Notes under the pieces: generated by a model
The model's input: only the letters and a program-made list of their open reading frames with translations
Told to the model about the DNA's origin: nothing
Database searches by the model: none
Shown: positions 1 to 10,079 of the stretch, piece after piece
Layout: each line of letters starts with the position of its first letter
Numbering within the stretch: the stretch's first letter is position 1
Made by a program: the position numbers and the translations under genes
DNA from: an uncultured Piscirickettsiaceae bacterium
GTDB taxonomy: Bacteria > Pseudomonadota > Gammaproteobacteria > GCF-002020875
Direction of reading: 5' to 3'
Assembly: GCA_964415865.1 (NCBI GenBank)
Contig: CAYQBY010000006.1
Span: forward strand, 4,397 to 60,495
Length of the DNA stretch: 56,099 nt

Positions 1-1
1 T

Positions 2-1969
2 TTATACCCTGGATAGCAGCAACACCCCAGACACATCTACCTCACATCGCCACCCTGTAGCAATTAGTGATGTTGATACCTTTTCGGTGATCAGTGCAGG
101 CCCCTCTATTACCTTGCCAGCCATCAACAAATTTCTCTGAAAAACTGGAACCTCACCAACTCCAGGCAGTACGGTTTTTTGTGGCTCAGAATGCAGCATG
201 TCCTTCGACCGCTCCTGTCCACTATTGTGCAGTGAAAACTGTGGTGCACTCCTCTCTCTGATCTTTACCCTTATATTGACCAGCTCAACAGGGAAATTAA
301 AGTTATGACCATAACGCTCGAAATGCGCCTGGTGAAACATGCTCTCCAGAAGAGAGTGGCCACGCCACTCTATGTTCAGGGTAAACGACTGTCCTAGGTA
401 ACGTAGATCCAAACTACGTATTAGGTCAATATTTTCCTCTGCAACACCCTCTGCAGATAGTGCCTGTCGCCCCCTCTCCTCCAGTTGCCCAAAGCTCTGC
501 TCAATAGATACCTCATCAAGATCTGCTACCAGCATAATCATTGATTTCGACAATACCCGTCCACGAGGAGCAACCAACATCCCCAAAGCGGATAGAACCC
601 CTCCATGAAGAGGGATCACCGCACGGCTCATCCCCAGTGAATCTGCCAGCGCACAGACATGAAGACCGCCCGCCCCGCCAAAAGAGGCCAGGGTAAACTC
701 TCTGGGGTCAACACCACGCTGTACAGATATAACACGCAGCGCATGAGACATGTGTTCATTGGCTATCCTGACTATCCCCTCTGCAGCCTCCTCAGGAGAG
801 CATCCCAATGATGCTGCAATCTTGCCAAGCGCCCTCTCTGCCGCCTCTATATCCAGCGACATCCCGCCCCCCAGAAAAGCATCCGGCAGCAATCTTCCAA
901 GCAAAAGATTGGCATCGGTAACTGTGGCATCTACTCCACCATTGCCGTAACAGGCCGGGCCCGGTGATGCCCCTGCAGACTCCGGCCCAACCTGTAACAT
1001 ACCCCCATCATCAACCCTGGCAATTGAGCCTCCACCAGCACCAATCGTATGCATATCCACCATTGGCACAGCTACTGGATAACGGCCTATTTTCCCCTCG
1101 GAGGTCAGACGGATATCACCATCGATCAATGCAACATCAGTTGAGGTGCCCCCCATGTCAAAGGTAAGTAGTTGCGGCTTCTCTATCTGCCTGCCAATAT
1201 AATGTGCTGCAGCAAGGCCACCAGCAGGGCCTGACAGCAACATATGTACAGCCTCTGCCCCAGCACTGTTGGCAGATATTGTATTACCCGAGGACTGCAT
1301 CACAGAAACATGAGCACCTTCAATCCCATCCTCAAGGCGGCCCAGATAACCATCTACCAGCGGCCCAACATAACTATTGAGCCAGGTGGCAACTCCTCTC
1401 TCGTACTCCCTGTACTCAGGCAACAGAGATGATGAACGTGATACAAAAACATCTTCAGGAATAATTGTCTCAATCTGTATTTCCGAATCTGGATTCAGAA
1501 ATGAGAAGAGAAGGTTTATTGCCACAGAGTCAGGATTGCGTTTCTCTATCTCATCTCGTAGCCTGGAGAGATCTGCCTCAGTTAACCCATCCAATATCTC
1601 CCCAGATGCATCAACCCTGCCACCTGTTTCCAGGCAGTCTTCGTGCGGCACTGGTGGAGTAATTTGTTGTGGCTGAAGATTGTAGAGCTCCTCACGGGCC
1701 TGCCGACCAATGGTCAACATATCGGCAAATCCTCTGTTGGTTATAAACAGAGTACGAGCCCCCTTACCCTCCAGTACCGCATTGGTTGCTACGGTAGAGC
1801 CGTGAATAATGGTCAATCCATGAACATCAACACCCATCTCCTCTATGCCATGAAAAATAGCCTGTTCTGGGGATGATGGGGTCGACAATACCTTGTGGAT
1901 ACGGAGCTCTTCCCCGTCCCACAGGACAAAATCGGTAAAAGTGCCCCCAGTATCTACTCCCAAAAACAT
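2..1969 (-). CDS. Hydantoinase/5-oxoprolinase family protein, A subunit
   Basis: N-terminal GVDTGGTFTD, HGSTVATN, DMGGTSTD, IGAGGGSIA, GPESAGA and FGGAGGLH motifs of the hydantoinase A family; B subunit not in window. Confidence 0.9.
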   Translation of the reverse strand: MFLGVDTGGTFTDFVLWDGEELRIHKVLSTPSSPEQAIFHGIEEMGVDVHGLTIIHGSTVATNAVLEGKGARTLFITNRGFADMLTIGRQAREELYNLQPQQITPPVPHEDCLETGGRVDASGEILDGLTEADLSRLRDEIEKRNPDSVAINLLFSFLNPDSEIQIETIIPEDVFVSRSSSLLPEYREYERGVATWLNSYVGPLVDGYLGRLEDGIEGAHVSVMQSSGNTISANSAGAEAVHMLLSGPAGGLAAAHYIGRQIEKPQLLTFDMGGTSTDVALIDGDIRLTSEGKIGRYPVAVPMVDMHTIGAGGGSIARVDDGGMLQVGPESAGASPGPACYGNGGVDATVTDANLLLGRLLPDAFLGGGMSLDIEAAERALGKIAASLGCSPEEAAEGIVRIANEHMSHALRVISVQRGVDPREFTLASFGGAGGLHVCALADSLGMSRAVIPLHGGVLSALGMLVAPRGRVLSKSMIMLVADLDEVSIEQSFGQLEERGRQALSAEGVAEENIDLIRSLDLRYLGQSFTLNIEWRGHSLLESMFHQAHFERYGHNFNFPVELVNIRVKIRERSAPQFSLHNSGQERSKDMLHSEPQKTVLPGVGEVPVFQRNLLMAGKVIEGPALITEKVSTSLIATGWRCEVDVSGVLLLSRV

Positions 1970-1992
1970 TGGAGCATTATATACTTATACCC
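1970..1992. promoter_or_regulatory. Bidirectional promoter with overlapping -10 hexamers; both transcripts probably leaderless
   Basis: TATAAT on minus strand (1976-1981) 6 nt before ATG 1969; TATACT on plus strand (1980-1985) 7 nt before ATG 1993; no room for leaders. Confidence 0.7.
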
Positions 1993-2841
1993 ATGCCAGA
2001 ACTTCCTGAAGTCGAAACTACCCGCAGGGGAATTGAGCCCGCCTGCCTAGGACAAACCATTACGAAAGTAGTCATTAGACAACGGTCACTACGTTGGCCC
2101 GTACCAAAAGGGGTTGAGCAAAAACTTAAGGGGGCCATTTTTCAGAAGGTCGGCCGCCGCGCAAAATATCTACTGCTTGATATCAAACGCAATACCTTGC
2201 GCAACAGCCAAGCCACTCTCATTGTTCATCTGGGAATGACCGGCACATTCAGGGTTCTGGAACAGGATACCCCTGCAGAAAAGCATGACCATATTGATAT
2301 TCTGCTCGACAACAACACTCTGCTACGTTTTCGTGATCCACGCCGTTTTGGTGCCTTTATTCTGACCACAGAACCATCTCAGCAACATCCATTATTGAAA
2401 AACTTGGGGATTGAGCCTGTCCTTTTTGGCCATACTGCAGAAGATGTTGCGGAGCACCTCTACACACAATCAAGAAAACGCAAAACCTCCATCAAGGCAT
2501 TCCTGATGGACCAGAAAATCATTACCGGTGTTGGCAATATCTATGCATGTGAGTCACTCTTTCTTAGTGGCATCCATCCCAAAAGGGCATGCAACAAAAT
2601 ATCAAAACAACGCTATCTAAGTCTTGCCAAAGCCATAATCTCAACCCTTACAACATCAATAAAACAGGGTGGAACAACACTTCAGGATTTTCGTAATAGT
2701 GAAGGCAAACCAGGCTACTTCCAACAACAGCTTCTTGTATATGGCAGAGAGAACAAACCATGCACAGAGTGCGGAACCAGCATCAAGAAGATAATCCAAA
2801 ATCAGCGCTCTACCTGGTACTGCCCACACTGCCAACACTGA
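1993..2841 (+). CDS. mutM: Formamidopyrimidine-DNA glycosylase (Fpg)
   Basis: MPELPEVET N-terminus fixes the start at 1993; HLGMTG, DPRRFG, GVGNIYACE, C-terminal CxxC..CPHCQ zinc finger. Confidence 0.97.
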   Translation: MPELPEVETTRRGIEPACLGQTITKVVIRQRSLRWPVPKGVEQKLKGAIFQKVGRRAKYLLLDIKRNTLRNSQATLIVHLGMTGTFRVLEQDTPAEKHDHIDILLDNNTLLRFRDPRRFGAFILTTEPSQQHPLLKNLGIEPVLFGHTAEDVAEHLYTQSRKRKTSIKAFLMDQKIITGVGNIYACESLFLSGIHPKRACNKISKQRYLSLAKAIISTLTTSIKQGGTTLQDFRNSEGKPGYFQQQLLVYGRENKPCTECGTSIKKIIQNQRSTWYCPHCQH

Positions 2842-2858
2842 TTTGGTAAAATCACCCG

Positions 2859-3236
2859 ATGGATATACACAACCCAACAGCGTGTGAAGAGAAAGAGCCT
2901 TTTGCCCTTCAGGTGATTGGTGAAAGCATGGCACCAGAGTTCAATGATGGTGCTGTTATCATAATTGACCCAGGTTGCCCTGTAGTAAACGGTGCATATG
3001 TTTTGGCTGCCTACAAGGATGAATACCACTTCCGTCAACTGGTCCGTCGCAATGAAACCACCTACCTGGTTCCACTAAACGGACAGTTCCACTCACTTGA
3101 GCTTACCGGCCCTTTTGAGGTTCGTGGCGTCATAACCCAGCAAAACCACAAACGTACTATTGTTCACTACGAGTATCCGGAGGATGGGGTAATTAATCGT
3201 AGAGAGAACAGTCGTCGAAAGAAGAACAGGAATTAA
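2859..3236 (+). CDS. Stand-alone peptidase S24/LexA-like domain protein without HTH
   Basis: FALQVIGESMAPEFNDGAVIIIDP typical of the S24 fold; extended -10 TGGTAAAAT 6 nt upstream. Confidence 0.8.
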   Translation: MDIHNPTACEEKEPFALQVIGESMAPEFNDGAVIIIDPGCPVVNGAYVLAAYKDEYHFRQLVRRNETTYLVPLNGQFHSLELTGPFEVRGVITQQNHKRTIVHYEYPEDGVINRRENSRRKKNRN

Positions 3237-3286
3237 AAAAGGCTCCACTCAGGAACCTTCATTACAACTAGAGAGAACACAGAATA

Positions 3287-3535
<249 letters not shown>

Positions 3536-3575
3536 TCATCCTTACCATTTTTGCGTGAATTCTTGAATGCTTTTA

Positions 3576-4058
3576 TTATACACCGCCACCTAATTTCTGT
3601 TCCAGCGCCAGTTGCACATTTTTACCAACAAATGGAGCTACATCCCCGCCCAAAGAGGCGATCTCACGCACCAGGCTAGAGGAAATATAGGAGAACTGCT
3701 CAGCAGGAGTCAGAAACATGGTTTCGATATCAGAGGCAAGATGACGATTCATCCCAGCTAACTGGAACTCATACTCAAAATCGGAGACTGCACGCAGTCC
3801 ACGCAGGATGACACCAGCACCTATGGAACGGGCAAACTCAACCAGCAGACCATCAAAAGAGACTACCTCAACTCCATCCAGCCCATTCAGTGCATCGCTT
3901 GCCATGGTAATGCGCTCCTCAACAGAGAAGAGTGGCTGCTTGGAGCCATCCGTTACCACCGCAACAACAACATGGTCAAAAATTCTGGTTGCACGCTCAA
4001 CCAGATCAATATGGCCTTTGGTGATTGGGTCAAATGTTCCGGGGTAAACTGCCTTCAT
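3576..4058 (-). CDS. coaD: Phosphopantetheine adenylyltransferase
   Basis: [34 protein letters not shown]. Confidence 0.97.
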   Translation of the reverse strand: MKAVYPGTFDPITKGHIDLVERATRIFDHVVVAVVTDGSKQPLFSVEERITMASDALNGLDGVEVVSFDGLLVEFARSIGAGVILRGLRAVSDFEYEFQLAGMNRHLASDIETMFLTPAEQFSYISSSLVREIASLGGDVAPFVGKNVQLALEQKLGGGV

Positions 4059-4645
4059 GGTTCTTCTCTACCTTTAACCTCAAGAAGCATATATCGTACC
4101 TGACCGGCATCGCCCTTGCGAGCCACACCCCAGCCAGATGGTATTTGTAGTTCATCTGCCCCCTGCTCCACCTCAATATATAGTCGAAGTTTTGGAGATA
4201 GCACTGACCTATCCAGCAACAAAAATACCTTCTCCAACATATCCTTGTTAAATGGTGGATCCAGGAATATGAGATTGTATGGAGAGAGATCCCTCTTCTC
4301 CAAAAACAGAAAGGCATCCTCTCTAAACACCTCTCCCCTATCACTTTTCAACAACTCTAGATGCTCACCAATTGCCCTTGCACTCTTCTGCTCCCGCTCC
4401 ACAAAATCTACATGTGATGCACCTCTTGAAAGAGCCTCCAGACCAAGTGCACCACTACCTGCAAAAAGGTCCAGACAATATGCCCCTGCAATAGTTGGCT
4501 GTAGCCAGTTGAATAGGGTCTCTCGTACCCTGTCCGGAGTGGGGCGAATCCCGGGGTTATCAGGGAAGGTTAAAATGCGCCCTCGCCACTCTCCGGCAAT
4601 GATCCTGAGGCGTCTACCGCCTCCCGATTTCCCCTTTTTTGCCAT
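4055..4645 (-). CDS. rsmD: 16S rRNA m2G966 methyltransferase
   Basis: [40 protein letters not shown]. Confidence 0.95.
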   Translation of the reverse strand: MAKKGKSGGGRRLRIIAGEWRGRILTFPDNPGIRPTPDRVRETLFNWLQPTIAGAYCLDLFAGSGALGLEALSRGASHVDFVEREQKSARAIGEHLELLKSDRGEVFREDAFLFLEKRDLSPYNLIFLDPPFNKDMLEKVFLLLDRSVLSPKLRLYIEVEQGADELQIPSGWGVARKGDAGQVRYMLLEVKGREEP

Positions 4646-4667
4646 ACCGAGTTGTTTTTGTTACGAC

Positions 4668-5972
4668 CTAATCAATCTTTCCGCCCACAATAACCGTTAC
4701 CATCTCTGATGGGTGCAGTCGATGCTTGAATGCATTCTTGATGCTCTCGCCAGTTACCGTCTCAACCTTCTGGTTAAAGGTATCAAGGTAGTCATCAGGC
4801 AGACCATAGAAACCCATCATCCCCAGATAATCGATAATCTTCTTGTTGCTATCAATCCGTAGAGGAAAGCCACCGGTAATATTCTTTTTAGACCGTATCA
4901 GCTCCTCAATGCCTGGTCCCTGCTCAATAAAATCTACTATGGTTTTACGCAGCACCTCCAGCGCCTCATCCCTGCTCTCATTCTTGGTCTGCAGACCGGC
5001 CTTGAATGGTCCTTCTCCAGCCATTGGTGAAAAATAGCTATAGGCACTATAGGCTAGCCCGCGCTCCTCTCGCACCTCTTCGGATATTTTTGAGACCAGG
5101 CCACTTCCACCCAATATATGGTTACCAACGTAAAGGTTGAAATAGTCGGGATCACCTCGACGCAACGATGGATGCCCCATCAACAGATGACTCTGTACCG
5201 ATGGATAATCAATCCTGATCGTTTCACCAGGCTTTGCAGTCACTGCATCTGGTAATTTTGGTGCCTTATCCCCCATTGGTATGCTGCCCACGACTCTCTC
5301 TGCAATCTTCTTGGCTTGATCTCTACCAACATCCCCAACAATTGCAATAACTGCATTTCTTCCAACATAGTACTGCGCGTGGAATCTGCGTAGATCACTG
5401 CGCCTCAGTGCCTTGACACTCTTTTCTGTTCCACTTGATGGCTCTGCATAGGGGTGGGACCCATACATTGCCCTGAAGAGTGCCTTTTCTGCAATGGTTC
5501 CGGGTGACTGTTTCTGGGCCTGAATCCCAACCAATTGGCGACTACGCTCCCGTTCAAAGGCATTTTTTGGGAAAGATGGATGGTGAATAACATCGGCCAT
5601 TACCTCAAGCGCAGGATCCAGTAGATGGTCATCACTCAGACTACGCAGTGACACCACCGCCATATCACGCAGGGAGTCAAAACCAAGGTTAGCCCCTAGT
5701 CTGTCCATGGTCTCTGCGATTGCCTCCTCCCCCCGTATTCCTGTGCCAGTAGAGAGTAGACCATTAGTCATTGCTGCTATCCCTCCCTTTTTGCCATCTC
5801 GTGCACTTCCTGCGTCAAAGATCACCCTGATATCGACCATTGGAATCTCAGGTGTATGTACATAGAGAACCTGGGCTCCACTAGCTGTACTCCAGCGCTC
5901 AATCTGTGGTGTTGCCGATGCGACCAGAGAGAATAGCAGACTGATTATCAAAACAGATGCTCTGCTAGTCAT
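4668..5972 (-). CDS. M16 family peptidase, non-catalytic (beta-like) subunit, secreted
   Basis: M16 fold without HxxEH, REERGLAY motif, signal peptide; ATG 5972 overlaps the upstream gene's stop. Confidence 0.88.
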   Translation of the reverse strand: MTSRASVLIISLLFSLVASATPQIERWSTASGAQVLYVHTPEIPMVDIRVIFDAGSARDGKKGGIAAMTNGLLSTGTGIRGEEAIAETMDRLGANLGFDSLRDMAVVSLRSLSDDHLLDPALEVMADVIHHPSFPKNAFERERSRQLVGIQAQKQSPGTIAEKALFRAMYGSHPYAEPSSGTEKSVKALRRSDLRRFHAQYYVGRNAVIAIVGDVGRDQAKKIAERVVGSIPMGDKAPKLPDAVTAKPGETIRIDYPSVQSHLLMGHPSLRRGDPDYFNLYVGNHILGGSGLVSKISEEVREERGLAYSAYSYFSPMAGEGPFKAGLQTKNESRDEALEVLRKTIVDFIEQGPGIEELIRSKKNITGGFPLRIDSNKKIIDYLGMMGFYGLPDDYLDTFNQKVETVTGESIKNAFKHRLHPSEMVTVIVGGKID

Positions 5973-7347
5973 GATGTTTCTCCTTGTTGGTCTCTCCATC
6001 TATCGGAAGAGGATCCAGAACTGCTGTCGTTATCTGATCAAAATCGAGATATTTGTCTGCCACAGCCATCACCTGTTCTGCTGTTACCTTGCGAATATTC
6101 TCTGCATAGCGATCTGCCTCCTGCCAATCAAGACCAATAGTCTCCAGGGTGCCAATCTGCATCGCCTGATAAAACACTGAATCACGCTCAAAAACCTTGG
6201 CCGCCACTACCTGCGCCTTTACTGTGTCAAGCTCAGTTTTTGTAACTGGGTCTCTTTTAATATCATTTAACTCTGTCAGTAGAGCTTGTTTTACCTCTGC
6301 AACTGTATATCCTTTTCCAGGAACACCCTCCACAATGAAGAGTGTCTGTAGTCGATCATAGGGGTCATACCCAACCCCGGCACTGGTCGCAATCTCTGTT
6401 CCACGAACCAGTCTTTTATTAAAACGTGCGCTATCTCCTCCATCCAACACATACGCCATCACCTCCAGGGCATATGGCTCCCATGGTTGCTCAGCCGTAA
6501 CCACGGTTGGAACCGGAAACCCCATGATCAGATACGGGATCTCGGCAGGAACCCTGACCGTCACCTCTCGCGCTCCCAACTGCCTGGTCTCCATTCGAGG
6601 TTTTGGTGGATTTAGTACTGATGGCTCAAGAGGGCCGTAATACTTATTGGCCATCTTGATCACCTCATCTGCGTCAACATCACCTGCAACTACCAGGGTG
6701 GCATTGTTAGGGGCATACCACATCGCATACCACTTTCGCAGATCCTCAATATCGTAGTTTTCAATATCATTCATCCATCCTATTACCGGGTGGTGGTAGG
6801 GGCTGGTCTGAAATGCAGTTGCCATAAACTGCTCGTAGGTGAGCGATGTAGGCTTGTCATCGGTACGCATCCTGCGCTCCTCCTTAACCACCTCGCGTTC
6901 CTTGAGAAACTCCTCCTCTGGCAGGGTCAGATTACGCATGCGGTCTGACTCCAGCTCCATGCTGATGGGAAGACGGCTCTTTTCCAGACGTTGGAAGTAG
7001 GCGGTATAGTCACGGCCGGTAAAAGCATTCTCACGTCCACCATTCTCCGAGATGATCTTTGAAAATTCATTGGGTCCGTGCTTCTCTGTCCCCTTGAACA
7101 TCATATGCTCCAATATATGGGAGATACCGGTAATGCCATCAGTTTCATAGCTGGAACCAACCTTATACCAGACCTGTGAAACCACAACTGGTGCCCGATG
7201 ATCCTCCTTGACTATAACCTTCATCCCATTGTCCAGCATAGCCTCTGTAACATTGGCTGCAGTTCCCATCGAGGGAACTACCAATATGGTAAGCATAGTA
7301 AACAGTGCCTTACCAGAATCCATTTTTCTCAGGCAATTCAGATTCAT
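5965..7347 (-). CDS. M16 family zinc peptidase, catalytic subunit
   Basis: HILEHMMFKGT (HxxEH), NAFT, EERRMR. Confidence 0.93.
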   Translation of the reverse strand: MNLNCLRKMDSGKALFTMLTILVVPSMGTAANVTEAMLDNGMKVIVKEDHRAPVVVSQVWYKVGSSYETDGITGISHILEHMMFKGTEKHGPNEFSKIISENGGRENAFTGRDYTAYFQRLEKSRLPISMELESDRMRNLTLPEEEFLKEREVVKEERRMRTDDKPTSLTYEQFMATAFQTSPYHHPVIGWMNDIENYDIEDLRKWYAMWYAPNNATLVVAGDVDADEVIKMANKYYGPLEPSVLNPPKPRMETRQLGAREVTVRVPAEIPYLIMGFPVPTVVTAEQPWEPYALEVMAYVLDGGDSARFNKRLVRGTEIATSAGVGYDPYDRLQTLFIVEGVPGKGYTVAEVKQALLTELNDIKRDPVTKTELDTVKAQVVAAKVFERDSVFYQAMQIGTLETIGLDWQEADRYAENIRKVTAEQVMAVADKYLDFDQITTAVLDPLPIDGETNKEKHHD

Positions 7348-7615
7348 TTAACTTATTCCTTGTAACATCAATGACGCAGAGATTGTACCCGAGAAGACAT
7401 CGCATAGAGAGAGAAGTTCAACAACAGCAGGCAGGATAACGCCTCAACTATCTTATTGATTAATAGTGATATTGTTGTAAACCCTATATTTCTATATAGT
7501 TGTAGCCAAGGCTATAATTGGTTAAGTCTTCGTTAATCGTCGATGGAGGAGAGAGACGATCGCTCGAGCTCCATCATAATAAAATATAAATCCCGTACGG
7601 GAGGAGTGATTGGCC

Positions 7616-10048
7616 ATGAAACTAAGTCGTTCAGCTACGCTGGCGGGTAGCGTTCTGGTTTTTGCTATTGCAGCCGGTTGTGGTGCACAACAACAAACAG
7701 TATACAAGCCCATCAAAGAGCGCGCTTACGGGGCTGATGCAGCGGCTGCTGTGGCAGATCCAATCAAACCCAAGAATGAGTACAATATCAGCCTGAACTA
7801 TGAGCTCGGCATGCATTGTACTGGCTTTGATTTCACCTACTGCTGTGTACTTCCACCTTATAATTCTGTCCAGGCGCAAGTCATCAAGACTGCGGTAGGC
7901 GCCAAGAAGTGGCCTGAGGTGCTGGAGTCTGACGAGGAGGAACATGACATCCTCGTTGATGGCAAGAAACGGATGAAAATCAAGTTTGGCCATACTGACA
8001 ACACCTACTCAGAGGGTGACAAGCTCGCCTACTGGGACATCAAATATGATGTTAATGGTGACGGCAAATACACTGAGAACGAGAATGTTGCCAACGCCTA
8101 CTTCACTCATCTCTATGTTTACAAGGATCTAAAGGCATCGAATCCCGACGGAACTAGCGCAGATAGCAAAAAATCCAGGGTGGGAATCGAGATTCCCATT
8201 CCTAAGGATAACGGACCTGCTGGTGCCGCAGTCCCAAGCCCAATGAGTGGCGGACATCTACACTACTCTGGCGTGAAGGGCACTACTGTATTTACCAAGT
8301 CACCTGTACTGGACAATGTACCAATCGTACTGACCAACCCTGGCATTTGGGATGCTCTAGGTCTGGCACTCACCCCATGGCAGGACAGCATCATGAAACG
8401 TGATCCACTGAACATGCTGGAGAGCGAGATTCGCCCGTTCCAGGAGTCCTGGGCTGCGCTGGTTGATGCCGAGTCTGGTGAGGCCATCATCGATGGCGTC
8501 AACGGTAAGCCTGTTCACTTTATTGGAACAAGCCCTATTGATGTACCTAACTGTGCAAACTGTCACTCCAACAAGAATGCCAATGGGGACAAATACAATC
8601 TCTGGAAAGGTGAGAAAGCATTCTGGAAAGCATTGGGTGCAAGTGAGTGGATTGCAAATCTGAAGGGAACATCGCTCTCTATTCTTGAGATGCATGACGA
8701 CAAGCATGGAACGGACTTCCTCAAGAACTACGATCCAGGCTCACGCTCCAAGGACAATCGTCTGGGTGGGGATCCTATTCTCTGTCAAAAGTGTCATGCA
8801 GATAACGTAATTGGCGTACTTCAATCCAAGAAAGTTAGTGACGTGATTCCTGGTGGTGAGGATAGAGTAATCATGCCTCTGACAGAGGCCATTCATCTGG
8901 TTCATCAGGAGAAGCGCCCTCAACCAGATAGCCAGGGCCGCACTGGTGGCTGTCAGGGCTGCCACCCATCACACCGTCAAGACGGCAATATGGATCGCTA
9001 TCCAATGACTGCGGATGGTGAAAACTTTTTTGCCAATGCGGATAACCGTGATGGCGAAGGCTGTTTCGCTGGCCGCGATGTCCACTCCAACCCTTACAAG
9101 GATAAGGATGGAGCAGGCACGCCAGAGCACCTGAATGCGATTGGTAGCTGGATTCAGGCCAATGTCTCCAACATCGGTAACGGTGAGGGTGGCAAGGGTC
9201 TCTGGTGCACCAACTGTCATTCACCTCTGGCCAAAGCCCTCTACCAAAAAGATAACCTTACACATGCATTCCGTCAGGAAGGCACTACCCTGCGTGACAA
9301 GTCTCTGGAAGAGATTGCAGCCGGCATCGGTGTTGATATGGCAACCTTGGAGTCAATGATGGATCCCAAGGTGGTACTCGATGCCGATGGCAACGACACC
9401 CCAGGAAAATCTCAGATCCTTGCGCTATGGGATCCAGAGGTTTCCCATCCAGATATTGCGGTCATTGCTATCAAGGATGGCGGACCCATGGGCTCCAAGG
9501 ATGAGGATGGTGACTTTAGTGTTATTCCGCTCTCTGCCAACCCTGCTGTAGATGTTGCATCTCTGGCCCTGCCTGAGGGTGCTGATGGTGCAATGGCAGT
9601 ACCCTACAATGCTGCAACGCATGGCAAGTCCTACTGGCTATCTGCGGGTGAACCACACTGTGCAGATTGTCACGCTGCCCCCTATGTTGAGGGTCAGGGT
9701 GGTGTTGCATTCCCAATCAACCAACCAGGCAAATACAGTTTGATGCGTTATACCAAGGGACATGCTGGTCTGGCCTGTCAGGTATGTCATGAGTCAATTC
9801 ATGGCCTTTACCCTGTAACGGCTGACGTGGATAGCACTACCTACAAGCAGGCAGCACAGTTCAATCCTGATGGTTCTCACGGACCCATGGTCTGTGCAGC
9901 TTGTCACTATACCAATGAAACCGGTGTGCCTCTGATTGCAAATAAAGAGGAGTGGGAAGGCAAATCCATAATGGATGACTTCGATGCCGCGGTATCCTGG
10001 ATGCATGCAAGCGCACCAGACCTCGGTGGAGCAATCCCGGACGAATGA
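7616..10048 (+). CDS. Large multiheme c-type cytochrome, probable lipoprotein (7 CxxCH)
   Basis: CANCH, CQKCH, CQGCH, CTNCH, CADCH, CQVCH, CAACH; lipobox-like AAGC; SD GGAGGAG at 7600-7606 (TTG 7610 is an alternative start). Confidence 0.88.
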   Translation: MKLSRSATLAGSVLVFAIAAGCGAQQQTVYKPIKERAYGADAAAAVADPIKPKNEYNISLNYELGMHCTGFDFTYCCVLPPYNSVQAQVIKTAVGAKKWPEVLESDEEEHDILVDGKKRMKIKFGHTDNTYSEGDKLAYWDIKYDVNGDGKYTENENVANAYFTHLYVYKDLKASNPDGTSADSKKSRVGIEIPIPKDNGPAGAAVPSPMSGGHLHYSGVKGTTVFTKSPVLDNVPIVLTNPGIWDALGLALTPWQDSIMKRDPLNMLESEIRPFQESWAALVDAESGEAIIDGVNGKPVHFIGTSPIDVPNCANCHSNKNANGDKYNLWKGEKAFWKALGASEWIANLKGTSLSILEMHDDKHGTDFLKNYDPGSRSKDNRLGGDPILCQKCHADNVIGVLQSKKVSDVIPGGEDRVIMPLTEAIHLVHQEKRPQPDSQGRTGGCQGCHPSHRQDGNMDRYPMTADGENFFANADNRDGEGCFAGRDVHSNPYKDKDGAGTPEHLNAIGSWIQANVSNIGNGEGGKGLWCTNCHSPLAKALYQKDNLTHAFRQEGTTLRDKSLEEIAAGIGVDMATLESMMDPKVVLDADGNDTPGKSQILALWDPEVSHPDIAVIAIKDGGPMGSKDEDGDFSVIPLSANPAVDVASLALPEGADGAMAVPYNAATHGKSYWLSAGEPHCADCHAAPYVEGQGGVAFPINQPGKYSLMRYTKGHAGLACQVCHESIHGLYPVTADVDSTTYKQAAQFNPDGSHGPMVCAACHYTNETGVPLIANKEEWEGKSIMDDFDAAVSWMHASAPDLGGAIPDE

Positions 10049-10079
10049 TAAATTCCCTGCATTGATATTTCAAAGGCGA

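Noticed and set aside
4116-4709. Long antisense ORFs (e.g. 4116-4709, 26385-26903, 48293-48775)
   Set aside because: They lie opposite well-conserved genes, have no RBS or motifs, and show shadow-ORF composition
7456-7469. FNR box upstream of the multiheme cytochrome
   Set aside because: Only the TTGAT half matches; the second half AGTGA is far from ATCAA
7616-10048. Calling the cytochrome MccA/SirA, HAO or NrfA
   Set aside because: No CX15CH or CxxCK motif, and no adjacent quinol-oxidising or heme-lyase genes; only the 7-heme-plus-PPIase layout is analogous
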